Positions 27,492 through 40,961 of a stretch of DNA of 64,000 nucleotides are shown here, in pieces; position 1 is the first letter of the stretch, and each line of letters begins with the position of its first letter. Location: assembly GCF_006345805.1 (NCBI RefSeq), contig NC_043000.1:90210001-90274000 (forward strand). Reading direction: 5' to 3'. Made by a program: the position numbers and the translations under genes. The notes below the pieces were generated by a model, which made no database searches, was not told the DNA's origin, and saw nothing but the letters and a program-made list of their open reading frames with translations. The stretch is from Octopus sinensis (Eukaryota).

Positions 27492-27932
27492 CATACATAA
27501 ATACATATACCCACATATAAATGTATATAGACACTGTTGTCGATAATATATGCACGCGTATATATATATATATATACACACATGCAAAACACTAACAAAA
27601 ATTTACTTCAATCAGTTCACTTTGAAGATGACCAAAGCCTTGTGAGTAGATTTGGTAGACAGAAACTGAAAGAAGCCTGTCATATATATATATATATATT
27701 TATTTATTTATTTGTGCATATGTATATATTTGTGTGTCTGTGTTTGTCCTCCCACCATTACTTGACAACTAATGTTGGTGTTTTTATGACCCCATAACTT
27801 AGTGGTTTGGCAAAAGTGACTGTTAAAATAAGTACTAAGCTTACAAAGAATAAGTCCTGGGGTTGATTTGTTTGACTAAAGGCGGTGCTTCAGCATGGCT
27901 GCAGTCAAATGACTGAAACAAATAAAAGAATA

Positions 27933-27972
<40 letters not shown>

Positions 27973-28007
27973 GAAATGAGGTAATCAGAAGATCGGATGG
28001 TTTGTAT

Positions 28008-28170
28008 TTACAGATATTTATTTACATATATATCATATCACTTAGTTCATTAGCGCTTTCTCCCATTCTAGTGGGGTTTTCATTTGAAAACCCCACTAGA
28101 ATGGGAGAAAGTGCTAATGAACTAAGTGATATATATGTAAAAAATGTAATATGTAAATAAATATCTGTAC
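28008..28170. repeat. Hairpin palindrome with 46-bp inner arms (28037-28082 / 28085-28130)
   Basis: One G-T mismatch and a 2-nt loop; the outer arms tacagatatttatttacata/tatgtaaataaatatctgta also pair. Confidence 0.9.
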
Positions 28171-28485
28171 GTAAATAAATGTAAATAAATATCTGGTTTC
28201 TACGGCTGGATGCCTTTCCTAATGCTAACCACTCTGAAAGTGTAATGGATGCTTTTACATGCCACCAGCATGTGTACCATATATCTATATGTATAAATAT
28301 ATGTATGTGTGTATATATGTATGCATAAATGTATGTATATATGAGTGTGTGTATATATGTATGCATAAATGTATGTATATATGTGTGTGTGCATGTATAT
28401 AGGCATATATGTATGTATAAATGTATGTATATATGTGTGTATGTATATATCTATATATATACATATATATGAGTATGTATATATA

Positions 28486-28591
<106 letters not shown>

Positions 28592-28992
28592 CATATACAC
28601 ACACACATATATATATATATATCATTATCATCGTTTAGCGTCCGCTTTCCATGCTAGCATGGGTTGGACAGTTCAACAGGGGTCTGGGAAGCCAGAAGGC
28701 TGCACCAGGCCCAATTTGATCTGGCAATGTTTCTACGGCTGGATGCCCTTCCTAACGCCAACCACTCCATGAGTGTAGTGGGTGCTTTTTACAGGTGCCA
28801 GACGAGTCTGGCAAACGGCCACGATCGGATGGTGCTTTTTATGTGCCACCGGCATGGGGGCCAGGCGAGGCTGGCAATGGCCATGAATGGATGGTGCTTT
28901 TTACGTACCACCAGCATGGGGGGCCAGGCGAGGCTGGCAACAGCCTCGAACGGATGGTGTGTATATATATATATATATACACACACACATAA

Positions 28993-29023
<31 letters not shown>

Positions 29024-29024
29024 A

Positions 29025-29055
<31 letters not shown>

Positions 29056-29074
29056 AATATATATATATATACAC

Positions 29075-29126
<52 letters not shown>

Positions 29127-29142
29127 CATATATATAAATATA

Positions 29143-29995
29143 CAGGGTGCTTCAAAAATGTTGATATCATTTCGCAACCTAATAACATTAACAGTGCTAC
29201 TTCAAATGACTTCAAATTTTAACAGCATGTGTAGAAACAGGTCAAAATTTTATGTTTAATGTTTGATATGTTTATCTTTTCAGGTATAGAAATGGCATTC
29301 ACTGGAAGAGAAAAGGTGTTTTGTGTGTTGGAATATGCTCAAACACAGTTGAATAAGACTGTGCAGCATGCATGAGAGAGTTCTCAAAAAGTTACCAATG
29401 TCAATGCAGATTTGGACATGGCACAAAAAATTCAAAGAGGAAGGCTGTCTGTGCAGAGCAAAAGGATCTGAATGACCACTAACATTGGAAGAGATGGTTG
29501 AGCAGGTTCACCAAAAACTCATGCGAAGCCCCAAGAAGTCCATAAGAAGAACAAGTCAGGAAACCCAGAATCCTCCCACGAAACCATATAAGCTGCAACT
29601 CATTCGAGCCATAATGGCAGATGACAAGTGAAAGAGTAAATATGGGGCTATGTGAAGGACCTGGTCTATGTCCCCCCTCTTCCTGCAAACTAAAAGGAAC
29701 TTGAGCAGAGAATTACAACCACACTGGAGACTGTTACCCAAGACATGCTGTAGTGTGTTTGAGAGGAGCTGGACTGCTGACTTGATGTATGCCATGCCAT
29801 GTCTCAGGCGGTGCGCATATTGAACATTTGTGAAATTGTTCATGGAATCCACATACCTTTGAATTTCTCATTCAAATTTGGAGGAATAACTCTTATGTTG
29901 CTCAACATTAAGACTGCTTAGTCTCATTTGTTTTGACCCTCTAGTTTCTGTGATATTTACATCTTAAATGATATCAAAGTTTTTGAAACACCCTG
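29143..29995 (+). mobile_element. Internally deleted Tc1/mariner element
   Basis: TIRs CAGGGTGCTTCAAAA.../...TTTTGAAACACCCTG with TA duplications; the decayed ORF start MAFTGREKVFCVLEYAQT is typical of Tc1-like HTH regions. Confidence 0.85.
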
Positions 29996-30006
29996 TAAAT
30001 ATATAT

Positions 30007-30395
30007 AGGAGTGGCTGTGTGGTAAGTAGTTTGCTAACCAACCACATGGTTCCAGGTTCAGTCCCACTGCGTGGCATCTTGGGCAAGTGTCTTCTGCTAT
30101 AGCCCCGGGCCGACCAATGCCTTGTGAGTGGATTTGGTAGACGGAAACTGAAAGAAGCCTGTCGTGTGTATATATATATATGTGTGTGTGTGTATGTGTG
30201 TGTTTGTGTGTGTCCCCTAGCATTGCTTGACAACCGATGCTGGTGTGTTTACGTCCCCGTCACTTAGCAGTTCGGCAAAAGAGACCGATGAATAAGTACT
30301 GGGCTTACAAAGAATAAGTCCCAGGGTCGATTTGCTCGACTAAAGGCGGTGCTCCAGCATGGCCGCAGTCAAATGACTGAAACAAGTAAAAGAGT
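30007..30395 (+). mobile_element. Near full-length copy of the abundant SINE
   Basis: Runs from the head ggagtggctgtgtggtaag to the tail gactgaaacaagtaaaagag. Confidence 0.85.
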
Positions 30396-33300
30396 ATATA
30401 TATATATATACATATACATGTGTATATTTAAAGTGCAAAACCACTAGGTGGTCAGCCGTATGCTAGAAGTAGATCACCTACGATCAAACTACAAAGAAAA
30501 GAATGTTCTCTAGAGGAAAATTCAGCGGACACCAGAGCACTATGCGGGCAAGACAGATGAAAATTATATAAAAAAATCAGAATTACTCACAGCGGTTTCG
30601 TCTATTAACAAATGAATCACTTATATAATCCAATTGTCCGTAGACTTGTCAGTGTGATCGTTCCACAGGTAATGTAATTTGTAAAACTAACCACCAGTTT
30701 TCCGTATATAAAAACAGACACGTGTTTAGTTTCACCGATTACATTGGGGTTAATTTCAAATGTCTTAGTTAGATAGATAGATAGATATAGATATATACAT
30801 AAAGAATAAATATTCAAATGTGAATATTTATATAGATATTATTATTATTGTTATTATCAACTGCGGTAAATATAAATAATTGATAATAATAACAGCAATA
30901 ATAACGGTGGTTGCAGGCATTAAATAGTGTTAGATAGCTATAGAATTAAAATTTGTAACTGTCAAAAGAGCACACAAGGCACCTACCTCCTATTTCTAGC
31001 AGGTAGACATCTCATGCGCCCTTTTAATAAATATATATACACACACACACATATATATATATATACATATACACATATATATGTGTATACACACACACAA
31101 ATATATATATATATATAGGAAATATGGTGGTACCTGGGTGTCTGTAGCTATAACACACTCTCTCAGATTGGTGGAGTTGATAAGATTAATGATTAGCTCT
31201 CAGAATAAAGGGTTTGACAAAGTGTTTTGGTATAGAATTTGATATGATAAGATACAGAAGAGATGACAAGAAGCACAGCAGTCAAGTAAGTGAATTAAAG
31301 GACTTAGATGAGAGTGAAATGAAGTACAAAAAATATAATGGTATCTCTAGAGTCAAAATAAATTTTAAATATAAAAAAACTGCACTTTTCTCATGAGACA
31401 ACCAATTCAACATTAAGACATTAGTCTTATAACCTCTCCATCAACTTTACCCACCAATTCAAAATGAGCCAACCAAGGAGGCATTTATGTGGTCACTCGA
31501 CTTGCTAGAAATAACAGCCAAATCTTTCTCTAATCATGGCTTACTTTCTTAGAAATTAACACATTACGATGTAGTTTCTACAGCTGGGTGCCCTTCCTAA
31601 TGCCAACCACTTTACAGTGTACTGGGTGGTAAAACCACCCATGCCAGTACCATGTAAAAAGCACCCAGTACACTCTGTAGAGTTGTTGACATTAGGAAGG
31701 GCATCCAGCCACAGAAGCCATGACAAAACAGACAAATAGAGCCAGGACAGTCTCCAGCTGACCAACTTCTTTCAAAGTGTCCAACCAATGCCAGCATGGA
31801 GAGTGGACATTAAAAGATGATGATGATGATGATATGTAATGTGGTCTAAAAGAACAGAGATGTCTTAGCATCACTCAGTAAGACCTTTGTTCCATTTATT
31901 AGTTATTTATATAAAACTATATATATCTATGGTACATCCACATTTAACAGTCTGCCTCCATCTTGTCCAGAATACCAATCTACTAGTTGCTGTCAAAAGA
32001 TGTGCAACCAGACAAAAGCCCTTAGTCAGTCACTTGCCATATCTTGAATGTCCTGCATCACTGAGCATAAGCACACAAAAGTTTCAGTGTCTAGCAGCTG
32101 CCATGGGAAAAATCCACAAGTTTATCCAATAACTTTAACCACATTTTTTAATTCAGTATCTCTACACATGGACATGATTATAAGATCAAAAAACTCCATA
32201 CACAAACATCTTTTTTATTGTTGAAGCATGGGATAAACTAGCCATGTCAGTTATTAGCTACATCCTTCAAAAATTTCATGCTTCTCATTTTGCCAAACTT
32301 CGTAGGAACATCATCATCATCATCATCATTTAACGTCCACTTTCCATGCTAACATGGGTTGGATGATTTGACTGAGGACTGGCAAAACCCATATATTTAT
32401 CCAACAACTTTAACCACATTTTTTAATTCAGTATTTCCACACATGGACATGCTTATAAGATGAAGAAACAGCATATAACCATTACTCCAGACACAAAATA
32501 TATTTCCCTTATTGAAGCATGGGATAAACTAACCATGTCGGTTGTTAGCTGTCTGTTCACTGCATCCTCCAAACATTTCATGCTTCTCATATTTTGCTAC
32601 AACTACTTCTAATGTACCCATACAGTCTTTCCTTTCTTATGGTCCTTTACTGTTCATTTATTTATCTTATTGTGTTTTATTCCGCACACTGTGTAAGTGC
32701 TTCTTGCTATCATTGTTAACTTTTCTTACTTGACTTATGATTGCTTTCTCTATCTTCTTTTAACCTTTTCTGACAAAATGTAGTGCACTTGAGCATTTGT
32801 TTCCAGACAAGGTAATATTTCCCCATGGCCTGACATGTTTTTCAAGGAAGGCTAGAAATGAATAACATCATTTGTATGACAGTGATGTTCATTTGCTATC
32901 AGTCTGGAAACTGCTCAAAAATAATTGTAGGTTAGTGACAGGAAGAGCATCCAACCATAAAACATCTGTGTCAACAAATTCCATCCGACCCATGAAAACA
33001 TGGAAAAATGGATGCAATGATGATGACAACAATGATAATATATATATATCCTTCTCTCTCTTTCGGAGAGGCACTGAGCAGCTATACGCACACATACACA
33101 CACAGCAGTAACTTCCGCCAACCGAATTCAATCACAAAGCTTCGGTCGGCTCGGGGCTATAGTGGAAGACACCTACCCAAAGTGCCACGCAATATATATA
33201 TATATATATACATACATATATATATATATATATATTCTTTTACTTGTTTCAGTCATTTGACTGTGGCCACACCGGAGCACTGCCGTAAAGGGTTATAGTC

Positions 33301-33463
33301 AAGGAAATTGACTCCAGGACTTATTCTTTGTAGGACAAGTACTTATTTTATCAGTCTCTTTTGCTGAACCACTAAGTTACAGGGACATAAAGACACTGGC
33401 ATTGGTTGTCAAGTGATAGTGGTAGGGACAAACAGACATGTACATAAATAAATACATATACAC

Positions 33464-33512
<49 letters not shown>

Positions 33513-34542
33513 GGGCTTCTTTCAGTTTCCGTCAACCTAATTCACTCACAAGGCTTTTGGTTAGCTTGAGGCAATGGCAGAAGACACTTGCCCAAGATGT
33601 CATGCAGTGGAAGAAGTTGAATGAATATTTAAACATAGCCTACACACAATCAACAGACTAGAGAAATGACATGAAATTGTATTGCTCATATTTATGTACT
33701 ATTCTTTTGTAGAGTGCAAAGTGTGATAGTTTGTGTATATCTCATCCTGTTTTCATGAATGTTGTGACTGAGACAAACTATAAATATTCAGATAGGGTAC
33801 TTGATAGTCTTGATTAGTTGTGGCTTATTAAAGTGCTGCTGCTGGGGTATCTTGTACTAAAATTGTTCTATATATGAAACTGATATCCCAGCTGTTATTG
33901 GGGGCCTACGTGTTGTTCTTTATCTTTTTTCCTGAAATCAGTGGGGTGACAGCAGGTAGAAAAGATAAGGTAACCAGGATGACTGGCTTTGTGCAGTTTA
34001 GAAAGAAGATAGAACATATATATATATATATTCCTCTTCATTTCTCTGGAAATTTACATCTACACCATTGGAAATTGTGCATCTATACAAAGGATTAATT
34101 CACCCTCTCTGTAATGCTAATAAGCAGGAATTGAGACCCACCTCGTTGTGATTAACAATGGATAAATTTGTCGTCTGTGAGTATGTAATCCCTCCTCATA
34201 TCTCTGGAAATTCATATGTGCACTATGGATTAGGTCACCTTCTCTGTGATGCTATTAAAACTTTTTTAAATTCTGTGATAAGACTGTACATCATCTTTAA
34301 AGAACTTTAATGAACTTTGGAAATCTGTTTATGTTACTTAATTATCTACATTACTTCATGAGTATAGCCTCAACCACTAGGATGTCTAGAGAACTCACAT
34401 GTATTTTAGCTGATGAGTACGGGACACGTTTATATGGTGTAATTTTTGCAACATTTAATAAAGCCTGTCCTTGTATGAAACGATTGTACTAAAAACCTAT
34501 CCATTCTTGTTGCTTCTTTCTCGCGTATATATATATATATAT

Positions 34543-34573
<31 letters not shown>

Positions 34574-35459
34574 AAGTAAAATGTATATATATATATATAT
34601 ATAATATATATATATAAAATAATATGTTACAATTACTCAATAGTCAAGATAAAACTCTGAGTTTCAGATGCCGAAGTGGAAATCCACAACACCATCTCTT
34701 CGGTTATCTGGCCATCAGAAAAATGCTATGAAAAAATACTGTTATATAAAGGGAAATTACTGTGTTATAATTCTGCTACTTATATAAAATAAGATTAAAA
34801 GTTCATAGTAAACACGTAAACATGGCTAGTCATACGCTCACATGTGCGCTTGCGGAGCCACGTGCGTACTTATACGTCACTATGAAAACGTACACATCTT
34901 CACTCGCATTTTTTGCCAAATGTATACGCATATATATACAAACTCATACACACACGCGCGCGCGTACCGTAAAAGTTCATACATACATCTATATACGCAC
35001 AAGCACAAGAAAAACCATGGTTAAAGGTAACAGAAAAAAAACATAAGGAAGTATACAAAGCATAAAAACCACGTTCATATACGGACATGCCCTTATGCAT
35101 TCATACACGCACACGCCCATATATGTACATACCCGCACATGTTTATATACGCATACACAAAAAATGAATATACATATGCCCCCCCCCCACCAAAATAAAC
35201 CTTAAAAAATTGTAAAAATACTAAGTAAAAATGTCTATATATATATGCATTCTTATGCTCACACAATCTAAAACTGCCCACTCATACATATTCACACACG
35301 TGTACAAATGAATCTATATACACGTCTATATAGGCACAGGAAAAAATGCAGGATAGAAGAGTACAGAAAAAATTATTATGTGTGAAAATATAAAAATATA
35401 TGAAATAATAAAAGGTATAATGAGATAAAAAACTTTTTGGGACATAATATAGAAAGCAA

Positions 35460-36360
35460 GTTCTATCTGTTTTCTTTAGGGAACCAAAAACATGACAAAA
35501 ATTTTGTCACATATGGGCATGATCCGAAAAGTTCTGTCCTTGAGTTTAGACATGTAGTAGGGTCTAAGCTGCTTTTCCAGATAAGCCATCTCTCCATGTC
35601 GCATAGACCACTTTCCACTGCCGTTGGTGTAGGGCTTACATTTGGCCAAAATCTTCCAATGGATGTTATAATCGACACCTTTATCTTTTAAAGACCAAAT
35701 ATGATTAGATAATTTTGTCGCTTTTCTTTTGTTCCAGTGCCTAAAACTCAAGGTGTGGTTATTGAACCTGGCCTTGAAATTACCCTCTGTAAGGCCCATG
35801 TATTTCTTCATCAAAACGGTGTCTTTAGTGGTTATAGAGTCCACGGTAGCTTCATAGATAATGGTCTCGGACATGCAAGCTCCATTTAGCGGGCACAATT
35901 TTTTATTCCTGCATGAACAGCTGTTTTCTTGTTATGGTTTTTGTATGTTATGTGTGATTATATTTTTAAAATTGGTAGTTGAACTAAAATTAATTTTTAA
36001 ATTGTGTTTATTGAAGAGTTTCCTATAAGTATGGTTAACTGGAAAATGTCTATCTATCAGCGTTAAGAAATATTTACCTATATTGAAGGTTACCTCGGGT
36101 GAGTAAGGGGGTGTAAACCAGATGACCTTCCTATTTCTATTTTTCCTCTTCTTTACTGTTGGGCTAGTAACAGGTGCATATTTTATTTTTTCGCTAAAAT
36201 CACTATCTTTTAAAGCCTTATTATAAACTGGGGCAACGCTATTAAAAATGTCCTTATCAGAGAAGAGGCTAGAAATTCTCTTACATATTATTTTATAGAT
36301 AAATTTCCTCTATTTACATAATATTGAGGTCTCTTTCTTTCTTTTGTTATCTTACCGTTT
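35460..36360 (-). mobile_element. Penelope-like element fragment (RT C-terminus plus GIY-YIG endonuclease)
   Basis: RNRKVIWFTPPYS...IGKYFLTLIDRHFP, then CPLNGAC...IIYEATV...YMGLTEGNFKARFNNH...LSNHIW; a frameshift moves the C-terminal LCDME...LNSRTELFGSC into another frame. Confidence 0.85.
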
Positions 36361-36404
36361 TTACCAATATATATATATATATATATATATACATATTTAT
36401 TTAA

Positions 36405-36742
36405 ATATAATTACAATGCTGTAATGCACCAGCTTCACTAGAAATAGGAGTCAAATGAACTCCTAAACCACATAGAGCTCACTTAAAACAAGAATGGTGA
36501 AAGACAGGTGGCAAATAAAAATTATGGGTCTTACCTCCGCAAAGATCGCAAAAAAAATGGCAGATTACTTAGAATCGATTTCTGGATTTGCGCCAGGGGG
36601 CACTTTCATGGAGGTAAGACCTATAATTTTTATTCAATGTCCACATTTCACCATGCTTGTTTTAGTGATCTCTATGTGGTTTAGGGGTTCATTTGACTCC
36701 TATTTCTAGTGAAGCTGGTGCTTTACAGCACTATAATTTATA
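36405..36742. mobile_element. MITE-like element with TIRs of about 135 bp
   Basis: gcaccagcttcactagaaataggagtcaaatgaac... mirrored by ...gttcatttgactcctatttctagtgaagctggtgc, with a spacer of about 70 bp. Confidence 0.8.
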
Positions 36743-37196
36743 TTATATATATATATTTTACTCAACTAGCCTGCATGGTTCATGCTTTCAAGCGCCACTA
36801 ATATTACAAGTTACTAGTAATACATATACGGGTCATCGTCAATTTACCACTGATTAACATTACGATGATTGGCACACCAGCTCCCGGCAGCAATAGTAAG
36901 TAGTCAAGTTGAAATCTCATAGGTTCAATTTCTTAAAAATTAACCCATCTACGGATGATGTCAGCAAACAAACGACATCAAAGATCCACAGCCAAGCACC
37001 AGTCTACAATGAATTTTTATCTAAGTTTTGCAACTGTTTCTTACACTACATTGTGTATTCCTTCTATTTGCATTCTATGGTACTTTTCTATGAACAAAGA
37101 ACACTGTTGTAGTATAATACAAAATGCTGTGTGACTTTACCGGAGATTGTAAAAATATAAAACTCTACACGAAGATCTGTTTTTCAGGTATCAATA

Positions 37197-37568
37197 TACT
37201 CTTTTACTTGTTTCAGTCATTTGACTGTGGCCATGCTGAAGCATCGCCTTTAGTTGAGCAAATCAACCCAAGAACTTATTCTTTGTAAGCCTAGTACTTA
37301 TTCTATCGTTTTCTTTTGCTGAACCGCCAAGTTACAGGGACGTAAACACATCAGCATCGGTTGTCAAGCGATGTTAGGGGGACAAACACACACATATATA
37401 CATATATACGACAGGCTTCTTTCAGTTTCCATCTACCAAGTCCACTCACAAGGCTTTGGTCGGCCCGAGGCTATAGTAGAAGACATTTGCCCAAGGTGCC
37501 ACGCAGTGGGAATGAACCCGGAACCATGTGGTTGGTAAGCAAGCTACTTACCACACAGCCACTCCTGC
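37197..37568 (-). mobile_element. Near full-length copy of the abundant SINE
   Basis: Reverse complement of the 30007-30395 family. Confidence 0.85.
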
Positions 37569-39006
37569 ATTTTTAGCAACTGTGAAACTTAGTGCCAGCA
37601 ATGTGAAGATGTTTATCATTTGGATGTATTTAACAAATAATATTTAAGAAAATTACTTTGTTCACATTCTTGAATGAGTGCAAATATGTCACTGCCTTCC
37701 TAAATTCACAACACACACTTTTTGTAAGTTTAAGCATTCAATGTCCTCCAGAAACTTCTATTTATGTTACCATCAGTCCATCTCCATGCCCCAAATGGTG
37801 ATGTGACTGCTGTGTTTGTTAGGGCATGGTTTCAGCTCATCAAAGGAGTCTTTGCATTGATTACAGGTTCAAGTATCAATAATAGCTGCTGATGAAATGA
37901 CTGTCTTTAAACTATGTCTGACCTAATATTAAAATAAAGAAATGGATGGCAGTTATTTAGAATGTGTTTAACTGGAACAATGACAATGCAAAATGATTAT
38001 TTACACTAATTAACTATTAACGTTTTATTAATTAAGAAAGCTGGTGATTTTATAGCTGGTGGATAGAACACGTAGAAGTGGGAGACCCAGGAAGACATGG
38101 GATGAAGTACTGAAGAATGACCTCAGGACGCTGAACCTTTCAAGTGAGATGACAAAGGACTGAGATACTGGGCACCTTGCCATACTCAAGAAGACCCATA
38201 CCCCACAGCAGAAGTATTAAGATTGGTCCTTCTGGTAGAATAAAGCACACATGGCAGTACCACATAAAAGTGTCCATGGGATGACATGTAAAAGCACCAG
38301 TGCAGTACCATGTAAAAGAGCTTGTGTGATGCCACATAAAAGAACTCACCACACTCTGTAAAATGGTTGGCATTAGGATAGGCATCTAGTCATAGAAACC
38401 ATGCCAAATCAGACTGGGGTCTGGTGCAGCTCCCCAGCTTTGGTCAAACCACCTAACCCATGCAAGCATGGACAACGGATGTTAAATAATAATGATAATG
38501 TTATAGTAGTACTTGTTTACAACCAAGCAGAAGAAACATGGCCTCGTGGTTAAAGTATTAAGAATCATGATCAAAAGGTTGTGGGTTCCATTTCTGGACA
38601 GGGTGGCATGGTATGTCCTTGAGCAATGCACTTCATTTCATGTTCTTCCAGTCAACTCAGCTATGAGTACCAGCCTAATGTTCTCTCTCTCTCTCTAGCT
38701 GTCACACACAATGTTCTGCTAGGTCGAGGATGGGAAGGCCCTGAGATGTCTCTGTCTATCCACAACTACATAAACATCTAAACCAATTAGCAAATGCATA
38801 ATACAAGCCAGTAGATCATGCTTGCTTGTGAGTAGTACTTAGGTATATATATATCCAATATTTGCATGTGGTTAGACCTTATTTGTAAGGCAAGTTTGAG
38901 TTGAAACGAGAATGATGATGATGATGAGGAGGAGTTAAGAATGAAGATAACTATTTAAATCAGAAATCAGGATTTTGATGTATCTGATAAAGGTTTCTCA
39001 GACTTT

Positions 39007-39046
<40 letters not shown>

Positions 39047-39807
39047 TCACAATCATCATCATCCTCTAATGCGTTTTCCATGCTGACATAGGTTAAACAG
39101 TTTGACAGAATTTGATTAGTTAGAAGGCTGTTTCAACATCTGCTTTGGTATGCTTTTTAAAGCTGAATGCTTTTCCCATACATACATACAATCACACACG
39201 CACACATGTATTACTGTTTGTCTTTATGTTAAGTTATATAAAAACAGTTTAACATTTAATTGTAGCATCACTCAATAATTTTCAGTAGAGTATCATTATT
39301 TTTACAAGGAAAAGGTTGACATACACACTAAGATACATATATCTATATACATTTGTATAAGTTGTATATATAACAAAAATATAACAATCAGCCTACATAT
39401 AGATTAGTTATATCTTAACAGAGATTCTAGGTTATGATTATTCATAGAAAGAAATTATCTATACTTGTGAATAAACTGGTGCTAAATTAATTGCTAAAAT
39501 ATGCAAACCCTGATTTGGGCCATAGAGATATATACCAGTGTTTTATGAGTAAAGTGTGTTGGTAGGAGAGTGATACTCGTTGTAGGAAGACAGCTGGAGT
39601 TAAAATAGTAGAGTACATTATGTTTTGGCTGTGTGTACTCCAGCCTTTTTCAGCTATCTTCTGAGTCACCTTAGTGCTTTCTCTGGGATTGAACTCAGAA
39701 TCACTAGATGAGTGCACTACATTTCAGCAATTACTAGCTGATTCTGATGCGCGAAAACAATTGTAGTGATTTGGAATAAAGCCTGTTCATTCCATCTTCT
39801 TGTATTC

Positions 39808-40323
39808 ATAATATCTATATATATAAAACTGTAGTTGAGTGAGTGTCTGTCCCCTTCGATTTAGATTCCTAACTACTCCCACATTTTGCGGTGCTGTTTA
39901 ACCAAAAGCGGGTATCTTATAGTCATGATTCATATCGAGCCCGTCTGAGTATTAGCGCGCATCTATGATGAGTCTACGATTTTAAAAATAATTTAACATC
40001 ATTTTTTATTCCATTTTAATGCATAATTTTTCGTGTGTCGATGGTGGCGGAGTTGGTGTCCATGGTCACACCTGCACCTGTTTGCTTCTCCCCCTTCTTC
40101 CCTCCCTCATGAAGCTGTGGGGAAGGGAGTGTAAGGAAATCAACGTCGTAAAGCGTTGTCAAGGAGACCAGCGTTCTTTTAGAACAACGACTTCATGGCT
40201 TGAAGACACCAAAACAGAAATGGCTAAGAAAGCCCGAATTGGCATCTATAAGGGAAGTAACTCTCTAAAAATGCTTATATAGTTATTTCCCTTACAAACC
40301 CGAGCAACACCGGGCGATACTGC

Positions 40324-40330
<7 letters not shown>
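39808..40330. mobile_element. Helitron-like non-autonomous element
   Basis: Starts ATCTATATATATAAAA and ends with a CCCGAGCAACACCGGG hairpin before CTAATT; CpG-rich, consistent with a young copy. Confidence 0.55.
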
Positions 40331-40372
<42 letters not shown>

Positions 40373-40468
40373 ATAAATATTTTATATATAAAGAACGTGA
40401 AATACAGGAAGGGACAAACACGGAACACAGACAAATCATTCGAAGCCTTCAATCTTCAGTCAGACACG

Positions 40469-40507
<39 letters not shown>

Positions 40508-40928
40508 ATGTAGATAGATAGATAGATATAAATGGATGAATGAATTATCCTTTGTTTACAGTTAACACGGAAAATTCAATAAACAGTTACCAGATTAGCA
40601 AGATTCATGCAAGAAACAAGTATGTAGCGACTTATATATATATATACACACGCACACAAGGGATGCTGAAAAGTTCCTGGATTTGGGTAAAAAAAATACA
40701 GGGGATCAGTTAATTATGATTTTATTCAACATATTCCCCTCTCAGATTACACACTTATTGCAGTGGTCATTCAGTTTTTCTAAGTCTGGTGAAAGATGGG
40801 CCTCTAACCAGGCCTTTCGCGATACCCTTCAAGCTAGGAACTTTTCAGTACCCTTTGTCTATATATGCATGTGTGTGTGCATGTGTATATACACACATTA
40901 TATACAATTTCATTTAAATATATATATA

Positions 40929-40961
<33 letters not shown>

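Noticed and set aside
34650-34722. Hammerhead-like CTGATGG...GAAACTCAGAGTT on the minus strand
   Set aside because: The core has G at A9 and no stem I pairing is apparent; at best a decayed Penelope-like terminus.
39487-39717. 76-aa ORF with an SSSDSEF start resembling piggyBac N-termini
   Set aside because: Too short, with no catalytic motifs or TTAA/TIR evidence.
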